Shown: piece after piece, positions 38,322 to 51,735 of the stretch | How the letters are laid out: each line of letters begins with the position of its first letter | How positions within the stretch are numbered: position 1 is the first letter of the stretch | Source of the DNA: Phaeosaccion multiseriatum | Taxonomy: Eukaryota > Protista > Ochrophyta, other classes | Assembly: GCA_965112735.1 (NCBI GenBank) | Contig: OZ218954.1 | Coordinates: forward strand, 3,844,001-3,908,000 | DNA: 64,000 nucleotides | Direction: 5' to 3' | Notes under the pieces: model-generated | Databases searched by the model: none | What the model saw: only the letters and a program-made list of their open reading frames with translations | Told to the model about the DNA's origin: nothing | Position numbers and translations under genes: made by a program

Positions 38322-38402
38322 GCAAAGCCTGCCGCCATCTCGCGCCGATAAAGAGTGGCACAGTCTTGTGATGGAGAGGCATCCCCTTCTCATCGAAGAC
38401 AT
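36578..38402 (-). CDS. RraA / HMG aldolase-oxaloacetate decarboxylase family protein, possibly mitochondrial
   Basis: Exons 38402-38109, 38006-37809, 37693-37620, 37336-37149, 36831-36578. CDTTSLCDA, MVGRAVTV, PGQVLVIDAKESRYAVAGELFCAEAKRRGLAGMVINGACRD, FPVYS, NVPVTIGGLHIRPGDVLFADADGCV. R/S-rich N-terminus. Confidence 0.88.
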
Positions 38403-38719
38403 CCCTCGTCGCTCGTGCTTTGTTTTTATTTGCCGCACGAGAGACGTCTTGATTTCCCGAGGCCATCCAGTGCCATCGGATCGCCATCGGGGAAGCCTCT
38501 CTTTGGCGCGGGTCTGCGTCTCTAGCTTTCCAAAGAGATCAAAAAGGAAAAGGAAAAGCTCTTCTTGCTTTCTCACTTCGCGGCGGAAAGCCCTGCACAA
38601 GCTCCTTCCATCCCTCTGCTTCCTCTCCTAACTACTTTCTCTCTTTTCCTCTTCTTTCTTCGTTGTGCCTTGTTCAACCACAGTCCACCACAGCCAGGCT
38701 TTTAAGCTTCTACTGCACC

Positions 38720-41700
38720 ATGCTCGACAGGCCCTTGTCGGCGCTGGCTGTGGGGGGGCACTATACTCCGAGCAGCAGCAGCTGGACCTCGCACGTTTCC
38801 CAATGCCACCTTTGTAGCACCACCAGCGCCTTTCGGAGGAGGAGAAGGATGAGGGATGGTACGAGTTTTATCATGGCAGGTCGTGGCCACTTCACACGCA
38901 GAGACGGCGTATTCTCTAGGAAAGGAACAGCAAAGGACCATGCGGTGACCAGCGACTTGATCGTTTGGCGCGGAAGGAAGAGGCCGCTTCAGCAGTCGGC
39001 CAGTTGGCCAGGCCCTGGTGCTCGGACTAGAGGCGCTCCCATCCACAGGGGCGTGCGCCTGTCCATGGCGAGCGCAGGCGACCCAACTGGGAGGAAAGAA
39101 CCGCAGGAAGCGAACTCCTCTTCAGTGGGCAGGAAAGAAGAAGAGCTAGGCAGCCGAGCCATGACGAAAGCTGAGGGGCAAAAGTCGGCACAGATTCGCC
39201 TGCGCAAGGGCATAAAGCGCTGCGGCCGGGACCAAGACTGGAAGGGGGCGCTGAAGCTGCTGGAGGAGGCCAGACAAGGAGGCACCCCCCCCAGTGCCCC
39301 CGTCTACGGCGCGTTGATCAGTACCCTCGCACGTGCCGAGCAGTACACGAGAGCGCTAGACCTGTTCGAAGAGATGGGGAGCAAGGGTTTCCAGCCTGAC
39401 ATCACCACGTACAACGCTGCCATGAATGCCTGCAACGCGCTGGAGATGCCCAAGCTGGGCCTGACCATACTCCGGGATGTACGGGAGCGCGGAGTGGGGC
39501 TTGACGCGGACACCTTCCGCATCGCTCGCGTCGTGTGCGCACAGGCGGGGGGGGGAGCGGACGCGCTGCTGCGTGAGCTCAAGCAGCAGCAGAGGAAGCA
39601 GTACGTGAGTTGTATTTGTAGAACGAATTGGCTTGGTAGTTAGGTCGTTTGCGTTTTTTATGTGAGTCAGTGGGCCAGTAAGTGAGTCAGTGAGTCAGTG
39701 AGTGAGCGAGTGAGTGGGCGAGTGAGTGAGTGAGTGAGTGAGCGAGCGAGTGAGTGAGTGAGTGAGTGAGTGAGTGAGTGAGGGAGGGAGTGAGTGTGGA
39801 AGGGCGTATTCTTCATCGACTTACTTGGGCCAGGAGCTCTGTCCTTCCTATTGGTTACTCAATCATTCCTCAGTGTCTTTATATCCCCTGGTTGGTGACG
39901 CAGTCCTTCCTCCGTTTCTTTACATCTTTTGGTCACTCATGTACACACGGCGCCTATCTGTCTGTTTTTCCGCCTATGCTTGTCTTCCATCTACTCCCCA
40001 TAATACATACAGCTCACGCCGAACAAGCTTGCGGAGTTCGACTCAAGGAAGAGCCTCGTGGACAAGTTCCGGAGGCTTGGATGGCAGCAGCAGCAGAGAG
40101 GAGGGGCGGGGGGAGGGGGGATGGCACCGGACGGGGGAGCGTGTGCGGTGCAAGAGCTGATCCGAACGGAGAGGCGCAAGAGAGAGAGAGGCGGCCCCAT
40201 CACCCTCACGGTGCACAGTTACAGCGCGGCGGTGGACGCGTTGGTGCGCGTGGGGGCGTACGACGCTGCCAGAGAGACAATGGGACTGATGCTCGAGGAT
40301 GGTGTGGCACCCAATGAGGTCACATACAACTCCTTCCTGACTTGGCACAGCCGCTTGGGGGAGGTGGACGCGGTGTTGAGCTTGATGGAGGAGATGCGAG
40401 GGGCGGGGCTCGAGCCGGGCAACCACAGCTACGCATCGCTTCTGACGGCGTATGGGAGGGCCAAAGGAGTGGGGAGCGGGGAGGGAGTGGAGAAGATGGA
40501 GAAGATGGGGCAGGTTCTGCAGCAGATGGAGGGGGAGGGGGTGAGGCCCAATGCCTTCACGCTCAGTGCCGCGGCCTTCGCCTACGGGACGGCGATCACG
40601 ACCCCGGGGGACGTCGAAAAGGTTTTGGAGGAGGTGGTTGGTCGAGCAGTCAAGGAGAAGAATGGTGAGGGTGATGGTGTTGGTCATGATGATCACCATG
40701 CCGAAGCGGAACCAAAGGGCGAAGCCAAGAGGGAGGAGGAAGAAGTCAGGTTGGTGTACAAGGCGCTGCTGGCCTCCCTGGCGCGGAGGGGTGACTTGGC
40801 GGCGGCGCAGAAAGTCGTGGTCGACATGAGAAGTCGAGGTGTGGCGCGGCCCGACCTCAGCACATACTCCTCCCTCCTCAAGGCGTGCGATCGTAGCGGG
40901 CAGTGGAGCAAGGCATTGGACTTGCTGGGACAGATGAAGAGCCTCGACGGACTCCGACCCAACGTGTTTACCTACAACCAGGTGCTGTCCATTTGTGCGA
41001 GGGTCCCGCTGCCAGCCAAGGTGGCCGAGCTCATTGCTGAGATGCAGAGGACACAAGAGATGGCACCAGACGCTGCCTCTTACAACGCGCTCATTCAAGC
41101 TCTAGGGGCGGCCGGGGTGGGGGAGAGGGCGGAACGGGTGGTCGTGGCCATGCGGTTGCGTGGAGTCATGCCCACCAAGCAAACCTACTCTGCCCTGCTT
41201 ACAGCGTACGGCAATACCGCGAGGGGCAAGCGTGTGTCGGCGGAGAGGGTTCTCTCGGTGCTGGACGAGATGCGGCTCCAGCACAACAGGCAGCAAAAGA
41301 GCAGTCCGGGAACGGCTCCCCAGCCTCATCCTCCTTCTACTTCTCCTTCCCCTCCCCCCCCTAAGACGAGGGCTGCCTCCCCTCCGGGCCCCTTTTGCTA
41401 CCACTGCGCCATCTCGCTGTGCGGCAAGGCAGGGGACGTGCCCCGCGCCACGAGTGTGCTCCAGAGGATGGCAGCGGATGGCGTGCCCCTCACCGGCGTG
41501 ACCTTCGCTGTGCTCACCTCCGCCTGCTGCCAGGCTGGGGACTTGCCCTCCTCACTTGAAGTGCTGGGCAGGGAGGACTTTCGACCCAATGCCGAGGTCT
41601 TCACCGCCGTCATTCGGCTGTGTGCGGAGTGCATTACAAAGGCAGTGGACAGTGGTGATGGCGAGAGGGTAACAACAGAGGGCAACGCAGCAGAGGACAG

Positions 41701-42655
41701 CAAGGGACATGTTGGTGGTGATGGTGGTGGTGGTGGTGGTGGTGGTGGTGGTGGTGGTGGTGAGCAGACTAGTGCTTTGGAGCAGCCGCAGCAGCTGCTG
41801 GACACGCTGGAGGGACTGTGGGAGGCCATGCTCAACGCGGGGATGGGCCCCACTGCCGACACATGCGCTGCTGTGGTCAGCGCTTGCGGCAGGGCGGGGC
41901 AGTGGGCGAGGGCCAAACGACTGGCCAATGAGATGCGTGAGGTGGGGCGAGGAGGAGGAAGAGGAGAGGGAGGAGGGGGGTTGGGTGGGGATGTGCTGGC
42001 GTTACCGTGCTACACGGCTCTCATGGCCATGCATGCCGAGGCCGGAAACCATGAGGAGGTGCTGGCACTGCTTGAAGAGATGCGGCGCGAGGAGGGTGTG
42101 GAGCCTGACCGCACAGCCTACTTCACCGCCATGGCGAGCTTGGAAGCTGGAGGACGGGGAGGGGCAACGAGAGGGGGGGACATGAGCGGGTTGGAGGAGG
42201 AAAGAGGGGGCGGGCCTGAGCCTCAGACTAGGGTGTACGAACTGTACGCAGAGGCCGTGGAGAGGGGGGCGGTCACGCACTGGGCCTGGAGAGGGGGCGA
42301 GCAGGAGGAGGAGGAGGAGGAGGAGGGGCGAGGAGGGGAAGGAGCAGGGGAAGGAGCAGGGGCAGAGCAGGCCGAGGGCCGTCCTCCTCGTCGTCCTTCG
42401 AGGGAGTGGACAATGGATCTACAAGGATTCTCCCCGGGGGCCGCCAGAGCCGCCTTGCACCACGCCCTGTCGGTGGAACGAGTGATCGGAAACCTGCGCA
42501 TCGTGACTGCGCGAGGGGGGAGCGAGGGAAGCTCCTCCTCCTCCCCGGGGCTGCTGTGCACCGTCCTGAGGGAGGAGTATGGTCTGGTCGCGACGAGGGA
42601 GGAGGGGGAGAGGGACGGAGACTACGACGTGCTGGGGGTGGACGTGAAGGAGTGA
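38720..42655 (+). CDS. Pentatricopeptide repeat protein with C-terminal SMR-like domain
   Basis: Exons 38720-39604 and 40013-42655. Many PPR motifs (PDITTYNAAMNAC, PNEVTYNSFL, PDLSTYSSLLKAC, PNVFTYNQVL, PDAASYNALIQA, PDRTAYFTAM). C-terminal WTMDLQGFSPGAARAALHHAL...LRIVTARG. Confidence 0.9.
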
Positions 42656-43043
42656 AGGTGGAGGGTAGAGTGGGGTGCTGCTAGCGGTTAATGAAATGAC
42701 TCTCTCTGTCTTTATGTAAATAGAGGAACAGCAAGCTATGGAGAGGAAAGACATTTACGTAATCCCCCCCCCTCCCCTTACGTAAGTGTAACTGTAATTC
42801 GGGACATGCAGGTAGGGATCAACAGAGAAAAAGAGAAGAGTCCCCTCCTATAAAAAAAGATGATGATGTCCACATCTTTCTCTTGTCTTTAGGGAAACCC
42901 AAGAGCACCGCAGCAGTAGCAGCAGCAGCCAATACTGCACGGACCATCGCTCAGCAGGAAATCGGAAATGTAATTAACTTGGAGAACTTACCTCCTCCTC
43001 AACCATGTCTGTACTTAGTAGTTATCGGAGCGTGTGGTCAGCC

Positions 43044-44061
43044 ATGCCGGAGGACGCGGACTACGCCAAGGACGAGGAGTACGAGTTCTTTGACTGGAGC
43101 CTGGGGGAAAACGACGACGAGGACGAAGAGGAGGAGGAAGTGGAGGACGAAGCGGCGAAGGGAGGAGGGGATACGGAGCAGAAGGACCACGACGAGGACA
43201 TTGAGGAGTACGCCGAGGATGAGCCGCCATTCACACCACCTCTGGACTTGTCAGGTGAGCTGTGTGTTGCATTGTTCTGGGGAGGAGGGGCGGAGGGCTC
43301 GTGATGGGAATTGGCTGTGCAGTCACCGAGTAGTTGGCTTTCTGTCTCCTATCACTGGGGCCCTAGACACCATGCTCCGCGGCTCCGCCGTCTTGACGGT
43401 TTCCGCCTCACCAGCCCCCCCCCCCCCCAACATGCTACCCTGAGACTGAGTGTGAGCCTGACCCTCCTGGCCCTGACCCTGGCCCTGACCCTGGCCCTGC
43501 TCCTGACCCTGCTCCTGACCCCGACCCTCCCCTGCTCTCTTCTTCCCCTGCGGACAGAGCGAGATATCTCTGTGAAAGACGTCCGCGCCTTCTTGGAGCA
43601 GCTCACAGACGCGTCCCTCGTCACCGACCTTGTGGCGCTCAACCTCGCGGGGAATAAGCTCGGTGGGTGGGTGGGTGGTGGGTGGAAGAGCATGGGTGGA
43701 TGTGTGCGTGGGTGGTGACTGCAGTGAGAGGGCTTGCAGCCGCGAAGAAGGGAGGAGGAGGGGGATGAGATACAGACGGGGAAGGGCAAGGGAGGAGCTT
43801 GTGCAGAGGGCGCCTATGTCAACTCCCTTACACCGGCACCCTTCTCCCCCCTCCCCCACGCACGCACGCACGCACGCACGCACGCCCACCCCGTCCGCAG
43901 GGCGAGATCTCGAGCCGATGGAGCCTCTCCTCGCGCTCATTCGCCGCTCCAAAAAGAGCCTCACGGGCATCAATCTGGCAAGGTGAGTGGGGACTACTGG
44001 GGAGTGGCTCAGTGCTCAAGGGCACAGCGTTCAGTATATGGGTCAAGGGAGCGGCAGCAGC

Positions 44062-44114
<53 letters not shown>

Positions 44115-47100
44115 CAGCAGGAGTGCTAAGAATAGCAACAGTGGCGAGTGTAGCAAGAGTCACAAACACACTCTCATCTCCTGGCTCGGCGGCGCGGGGC
44201 AAGCCCGGGGTCTTCGCTCAGTAACTCCGACTTAGACTCCTCGTCTCTCACACGCCGTCACCACCACTCACCCACTCACCCACCCACCCGCTCGCTCTTG
44301 CTTGCCTTCCCTCTTCCCTGTGCCACACCACACAACCAACACGCCACCATCCAATAATGCCACACAGGAACCACATGTGCTTCCATCAGCCCAACCCCGG
44401 GGTGGCCCTGGCCGAGTGCCTGGGCGGGCTCAAGCACCTTAAGGCAAGTGCAGTGCCGTGCAGTGCCGTGCAGCGCCATACAGTGCCGTGCAGTGTCGTG
44501 CAGTGCTGCTATAGCGTGTGTCTCTGCCCCGTCAGTACGTCCGTCGGTCCCGTACGAGGCCTACAGAGAGAGGGAGAGAAAAAGCGAGAGAGGAGAGAGA
44601 GAGAAGAGGAAGAGAGGGGGACGGAGAGGGACAAAGAGGGAAAGGGACGGAGAAAGAGAGAGAGAGAGCCCGCCTTGCTGTGCTTTCGCCGCACCTTACC
44701 GTACCACCAACTGCTCTACTGCATGGCTGTACCACCAACTGCTGTACTACAGGTGCTGGACATGTCGGCCTGCTGTCTGTTGGGTGCGGATCTTCGCCAC
44801 TACCGCGCTCTCAACGCTCTCGGCCCCTCCCTCCGCCGTCTCACACACCTCCGCCTCGCGCAGAACGACTTGCACTCGGAGGGCTGCGGGGTGCTGGCGG
44901 GGTGGGTGGTGCGCCATCTGAGTAGGCTGCGCTACCTGGACTTGTCGAGGTGAGTCGGTCGATACGACAAGTCGAACATCAATATATTGGCCTATCATGA
45001 TGGAGTGTTGTTTGGATAGCATTGATGACGTTTCGTCCGTCGACTGCCATCCTCTGCCATCCACTGCCATCCACTGCTGTCCCTCTCCTCAGGAACCCGC
45101 TGACGAGGGACAGCCTTGGACACTCCACCACCTCCGGTACCACGCCCCTGCTCCAGTCCCTAAGGGTACGTACATGCGTCTTACGTAAGGCTCCCTCCGA
45201 ACAGTTAGAAGCATATGGAGGCCGATGGAAGGGACGACTCTCTCTCTCCGTCTGTCCTGTCTCTCTGTCTGTGGTGTGTGCCCTCCTTCCTTGGCCTCTG
45301 TCGTTGGCCTGTCGCTCTGCGGCCTATCTCCCCCTCTCTCCCTGTGGTCCAATGACGAACTCACCCATGGCCCAACGACCCAATGACTTACTGACTCTCT
45401 CTCTCTCACAGCTGGCGAAGCGGCTGCGCGAGTTGACCCTACGGCACTGCGAGCTCCGCGACGAAGAAGGCGAGCTCTTGGCCGGAGTACTCACGCACTC
45501 AGTCACTCTCAAGGTGAGGGATGCCATTCATTGACTTAATAGGAATCACCTAAGAAACTGGGGGTATGGGTATGGGGGACAAGAGCGTGTGGGGGCGTAA
45601 GGGGGGTATGGGATGTGGGGTGTGGGTGTGCATGTGAGCGATGCAGCGCTTCAAGTGCAGCAGCTGGCAAGGCACACCCAATCGCCGGAGAGACACACCT
45701 CAATTCGACTCTCGTGCGTCCTGCGTCTCCTCCCCTGCCTGCCCATATGCCTGCCCATATGCGTGCCCATATCCCCCTGCCCATATGCCTGCCCATATGC
45801 CTGCCCATATGCCTGCCTGCCTTGCGCTCTCTCTCTGTGTTGTGTGTCACAGTCCTTGGATGTGAGCTGCAACGCCCTGGGGCAGCTTGGGGCGAAGGCC
45901 CTGGCACAGGCAATACGGAACAACGCTTCTCTGCTGCGCTTCCGAATAGACAACAATCGCATCGAGGTGAGCGGCGCAGTCAAGCACTTTGGAAGTCAAG
46001 CACGTAGAAAGTCAAGCACTTAGGTAGGGAGGTAGTGAGGCAGTGAGGTGGTGAGGCAGTGAGGCAGTGAGGCAGTGAGGCAGTGAGGCAGTGGGGCAGT
46101 GAGGCAGTGAGGCAGTGAGACAGTGAGACAGTGAGGCAGTGAGGCAGTGAGGCAGTGAGGCAGTGAGGCAGTGAGGCAGTGAGGAAGTGAGGTAGTGAGG
46201 CAGTGAGGTAGTGAGGCAGTGAGGCAGTGAGGCAGTGAGGCAGTGAGGCAGTGAGGCAGTGAGGCAGTGAGGTATTGAGGCAGTGGGGCGGTGAGGCAGT
46301 GAGGCAGTGAGGCAGTGAGGCAGTGAGGCAGTGAGGCAGTGAGGCAGTGAGGCAGTGAGGCAGTGAGGCAGTGAGGAAGTGAGGAAGTGAGGTAGTGAGG
46401 CAGTGAGGTAGTGAGAGGCAGTGAGGAAGTGAGGCAGTGAGGCAGTGAGGCAGTGAGGCAGTGAGGCAGTGAGGCAGTGAGGCAGTAAGGCAGTGAGGTA
46501 TTGAGGCAGTGGGGCGGTGAGGCAGTGAGGCAGTGAGGCAATGGGGCAGTGAGGCAGTGAGGCAGTGAGGCAGTGGGGCAGTGAGGCAGTGAGGCAATGA
46601 GGCAGTGAGACAGTGAGGCAGTGAGGCAGTGAGGCAGTGAGGCAGTGGGGCAGTGAGGCAGTGAGGCAGTGAGGCAGTGAGGCAGTGAGGCAGTGGGGCA
46701 GTGAGGCAGTGAGGCAGTGAGACAGTGAGGCAGTGAGGCAGTGAGGAAGTGAGGTAGTGAGGCAGTGAGGTAGTGAGGCAGTGAGGCAGTGAGGCAGTGA
46801 GGCAGTGAGGCGGTGAGGCGGTGAGGCAGTGAGGCCGTGAGGCAGTGAGGTAGTGGGGTCGTGAGGTAGTGAGGCAGTGAGGCAGCTGATGCGGAGCCAA
46901 ACTCGGAAGGCGTCGGGGCGGGGGGGATGGACATGAGTGACGCACCGTAGACTGCCATCTCTGACTCCTCCGAGTCTCTCTCTGGCCGTTCCACGTACAC
47001 ACTTCCTTCCTTACGTACTTCCTTACGTACTTCCTTATGTAGGACCAAGGCGTGCTCTTCCTGTCAGCCGCCATCGGAGCGGGCGCCACTTCCCTGGAGG

Positions 47101-47381
47101 ATGTGGACCTCTCACACAACGGTTTGACACCCGCCTGCAGGTCAGAGGGAGGGGGGGGGATATCGATCTCGACTCGGCGTATCGACTTGCTCGATATCGA
47201 CCACGGTGCCTGAGCCTGATCCTGGTTTTGACCCTGACCCCCTCACCCCCACCCTCACTGCTCACTCTCATCCTCACCCTCAACTCTCACTCTCACCCTC
47301 ACCCTCACGCTCACCCTCACCCTCACCCAACCCTCACCCTACCCTTACCCTCACCCTCACCCTCACCCTCACCCTCCTCCT

Positions 47382-47438
<57 letters not shown>

Positions 47439-50400
47439 CCCCTCACCCTCCCAGAGAGCCGCTAATGACGGCGCTGAAGATGAGCATGAGTGTGATGGAG
47501 GTACACATAGAAGGGGCGGGTCTGAGTGAGGAGGAGGAGGACGATGTGCACGCGTGCGCCATGGCCAACGCCTTCGTCGTGGACATGATGGAGGTAGGTG
47601 GTGCCCCCCACGAGACACAGAAAACCCCGTATGTTAGGGGGAAACGGCCTGAATCTAAGGGCCTTACGTAAAGGCCTTCTGTAAGGGGGAGCAACCCTTA
47701 GGAGTCAGTTCGCCACGCGCTGAAGCCCAACCCTTGCTTCCCCCCTCTCCCCCCCTACCTGCCCGCCTTCGCTCCCCTCCCTTGCTTCCCTCCTCCTTCC
47801 CTTCCTTTCCCTTCCCTCCCCTTCCCTTCCCTTCCCTTCTCTTCCCTTCCCTTCCCTTCCCTTCCCTTCCCTTCCCTTCCCTTCCCTTCCCTTCCCTTCC
47901 CTTCCCTTCCCTTCCCTTCCCTTCCCTTCCCTTCCCTTCCCTTCCCTTCCCTTCCCTTCCCTTCCCTTCCCTTCCCTTCCCTTCCCTTCCCTTCCCTTCC
48001 CTTCCCTTCCCTTCCCTTCCCTTCCCTTCCCTTCCCTTCCCTCCCCTTCCCTTCCCTTCCCTTCCCTTCCCTTCCCTTCCCTCCTCCTTCCCTTCCCTTC
48101 CCATGTCCGCTCTCCTCAACCAACCTTCATCAAACCGTCTTCACTTAATCACTCTCCTTGCTTAATCAATCACTCTCCTTCCTCAATCAATCAATCAACC
48201 AACCAACCAACCAACCAACCACTATACAATGATACTCAACCAACCAACCAACCAACCAACCAACCAATCATACTCCTTGCCCAACCAACCAACCAAACAA
48301 ACAACCAACCCCCCAACCAATACCTCACTCACTGGACCAATCATAACCTCATAAGGACCCTGTCCATGTGGACCTCCAGCGCCAGCCCGAGGTGGTGGCG
48401 GAGTGCATCCTCTTCAAGCTTCAGATGGGAGGAGTGTTTCCGCTCCCCCTTGTGCAGGCACTCAAGCTGAACCCGTCCTTCATGCAGCCCGGCCCCCTGC
48501 GCACGTTGCTTGTGGACCTTGCTCCCGTCACCAAGAGAGACCTCCTCGTGGAGACGCAGGGGGCCCTGGAGGTAGGAGGGTATAGGAGATGGGGTAGGGG
48601 GGTATAGGAGATGGGGTAGGAGGGTATAGGAGATGGGGTAGGAGGGTATAGGAGATGGGGTAGGGGGGTAGAGGAGATGGGGTAGGGGGGTGTAGGAGAT
48701 GGGGTAGGGGGGTATAGGAGATGGGGTAGGGGGGTATAGGAGATGGGGTAGGGGGGTGTAGGAGATGGGGTAGGGGGGTAGAGGAGATGGGGTAGGGGGG
48801 TATAGGAGATGGGGTAGGGGGGTATAGGAGATGGGGTAGGAGGGTATAGGAGATGGGGTAGGGGGGTATAGGAGATGGGGTAGGGGGGTATAGGAGATGG
48901 GGTAGGAGGGTATAGGAGATGGGGTAGGAGGGTATAGGAGATGGGGTAGGGGGATAGAGGAGATGGGGTAGGGGGGTATAGGAGATGGGGTAGGAGGGTA
49001 TAGGAGATGGGGTAGGGGGGTATAGGAGATGGGGTAGGGGGGTATAGGAGATGGGGTAGGGGGGTATAGGAGATGGGGTAGGGGGGTATAGGAGATGGGG
49101 TAGGAGGGTATAGGAGATGGGGTAGGGGGGTATAGGAGATGGGGTAGGGGGGTATAGGAGATGGGGTAGGAGGGTATAGGAGATGGGGTAGGGGGGTATA
49201 GGAGATGGGGTAGGAGGGTATAGGAGATGGGGTAGGGGGGTATAGGAGATGGGTAGGGGGGTATAGGAGATAGGGTAGGAGGGTATAGGAGATAGGGTAG
49301 GAGGGACGGGTGGGAGGCGAGGTACGCAGGCGCGCGCGCACACACACACACACACACGCACACATGCCTGTCTGGTATCGTATCGGCGACTCAACCCCCA
49401 CCTCCCCCGTTACCCTTTTTTCCTTGCCCTCAAAACTGCTACCTGGTGTCTGCAACGTATGACGTGTTCGAATGTATGTGACAGCGCATGATGGTGGCCA
49501 AGAAGGAGTCTCGTCGCTGGATGAAGAAGAGGGGGAGCAGCCTCAGGAGGCAATCGAGGGGGGGTAACCACGGAAGGTTAGTGATGTGCTCCGGTGCAGT
49601 GGACGGTGTGTGACACGATGCCATCGTGGGTTCGTTGAAGACTGACTGACTGACTGACTGACTGACTGACTGACTGACTGACTGACTGACTGACTGACTG
49701 ACTGACTGACTGACTGACTGACTGACTGACTGACTGACTGACTGACTGACTGACTGACTGACTGACTGACTGACTGACTGACTGACTGACTGACTGACTG
49801 ACTGACTGACTGACTGACTGACTGACTGACTGACTGACTGACTGACTGACTGACTGACTGACTGACTGACTGACTGACTGACTGACTGACTGACTGACTG
49901 ACTGTCCCACTGGTGTACCACTGGCACTCACCATGTGTGTGTGTTATTTTTATACGGGTGACTTGACTTGCTGGAACAGGAGTAGCAACCGTCTGAGGAC
50001 GGGCAGCAGCCGAGTCAGAAGCATGGAGCGTATGATGCAGGGAAAGGAGAGGCCCTCCAGTGGCGTCATCAGCAGCGTCAGCTTCCAAGGGTGCGTGTGT
50101 GCATGGCTGTCTGTTTATGTGTGTGTGTGTGTGTGTGTGTGTGCATGTGTATGTGCGCGCATTTTTTCTTGCTTTCCTTTCCCGTTTCCTCCTGTGCTCA
50201 CCTCCCCTCTCTTCCTTTTTTTTTTTGGATCTGCCAACAAACTGCAACCTACACAAACTCAAACTGCCCCACCCCACAGGGTGGACGATGGTACTACGCT
50301 GAGGGAGTCGGGATCCATCGCAGAGGCATATGGGGAGGGGGAGGAGGGCGAGGAGCGAGACTTCAAGACCGTCCCACAGCGGAGTAGGAACGACGCGGAG

Positions 50401-50472
50401 GTGGAGGCAGAGTGGGAGAAGGAGGAGAGAGACGTCCGGACAGTCCTCGAGGACGACGATCTGGGCCTCTGA
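43044..50472 (+). CDS. RNI-like leucine-rich repeat protein with acidic N-terminus
   Basis: About 14 in-frame exons (43044-43254, 43559-43662, 43901-43982, 44368-44443, 44753-44949, 45093-45164, 45412-45513, 45853-45966, 47043-47140, 47456-47593, 48357-48571, ~49485-49576, 49980-50090, 50280-50472). LNLAGNKLG, LDMSAC, LRLAQNDLHSEG, LDVSCNALGQLGAKALAQAIRNNASL, VDLSHN. Confidence 0.78.
46030..46885. repeat. 8-bp satellite (GAGGCAGT)n, ~850 bp
   Basis: About 100 units in an LRR-gene intron; a related (GAAGCAGT)n tract lies at 4031-4200. Confidence 0.95.
47790..48101. repeat. (CCCTT)n microsatellite
   Basis: Directly visible. Confidence 0.95.
48572..49300. repeat. ~22-bp G-rich minisatellite (GGTAGGAGGGTATAGGAGATGG)n
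   Basis: About 33 units starting exactly at the intron donor. Confidence 0.95.
49640..49904. repeat. (GACT)n microsatellite
   Basis: About 66 perfect units. Confidence 0.97.
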
Positions 50473-51735
50473 CTCGATCTGAAGCTAAACCTCGAGCACG
50501 ACAATGTGAGCCTTTATTCCTGACTACAGATGCCAAGATCGGGATGAAAAAAAAAAAGCGAAATGAAACTGAAATTGGAAATGGCATCAAATTCAAATGT
50601 TTCAAAAACTGAAACTGGAATCAAATTGTAACTGAAACTGATGTAACACGCACCCACCTGGGGATCCCTTGAAGCTGCAGAGAAGAGAGGCAGAGGAAAA
50701 GGAAAAAGGAAGACAGCGCGCAAGGAATAGCAGGCTAGAGGAGCCTGCCGCTGTCCGGCTCTGTCCGGAGAGGCGGGGCGCACCACATCTTCTAGGCGAG
50801 ACTTTACGTGGGCTTTGTGCTTCATCAAAAGAGCCAGGTGCCAGCACGGGTAGAGAAAAGAGGCACTCGCTATAGGGCGGTTTGGCGCCAGTACTAACTG
50901 CCCCGCTGCATTGCACTGAGGAGCTGCACTGCTGCTACCCTTGTCGCGCAATTCCGTGGCGGAGAAGCGCAGCACGCTGACACACGGGGAGAGAGTCCTG
51001 TTTGGAGGGGCGCCGTCGGCAACTGGACGACACCTCGTAAGCAGCCAAGCACAGTAGGTAAGAGGCGCAATCGCACGTTGCAATGGTGGGGGGAGAGTCG
51101 GATGGCGCAGTGGATGATTGGAGGCATTCCTTCCGCATTGTTTTGTTTGTGTTTTTCCTCCTGCTCTCCTGCTACTCCACCACCGCTCCTCCTGCCGCTG
51201 CTCCTGCCGCTGCTCCTGCCGCTGCTAGTGCCGTCTCCTGTAATGAACCGCCCCGCCCCTACCACCCTGTCTTCCTCTTGGCATGAGATTTATTTCGTCC
51301 CATGCTGTGCCGGCCTGTCTGGTGCTGCCTTGCCCCCCAGGGTAGGCGAGGGTGAAGTGCATGCACCATGCGTTGATGGCAGTGGTGTAGGTGGTGGGCG
51401 GTGAAGCATAGCTGATGGCTGCATGGGCGTGAGCCTCCTGCTTGAGCTTTGTGCCCCCCTCCCTTTCCCCCCAACAACATTGATGGTCATCCCGTTGCCC
51501 CTGCGGTTATGACGAGGGTGATGTGTGCGAGCGAGAGGGAGGGAGTCTTGCTCTAACTGCTGCTGCTCTCTCCTCCTCCTCTCCTCTCGTTCCTCTCTTC
51601 TCTCTCCCCTCCCTTACCTCTCCTCTCCTCTGCTCCTCTGCTCCCTCATCTCCTCTTCCTCTTCTCTACCCCCGTCTCCCCTCTCCCCTCTCCCCGCCTC
51701 TCCTTTGCCGTAGGAGAGTCAAAGCGTCGCCAACC

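Noticed and set aside
45980-49934. Long ORFs with LPHCLTAS, GREGK, PYPISY and SQSV repeats
   Set aside because: Intronic satellites of the LRR gene read on either strand; no coding signal
50514-51500. ORFs upstream of Sin3
   Set aside because: No homology cues; more likely promoter/5'UTR
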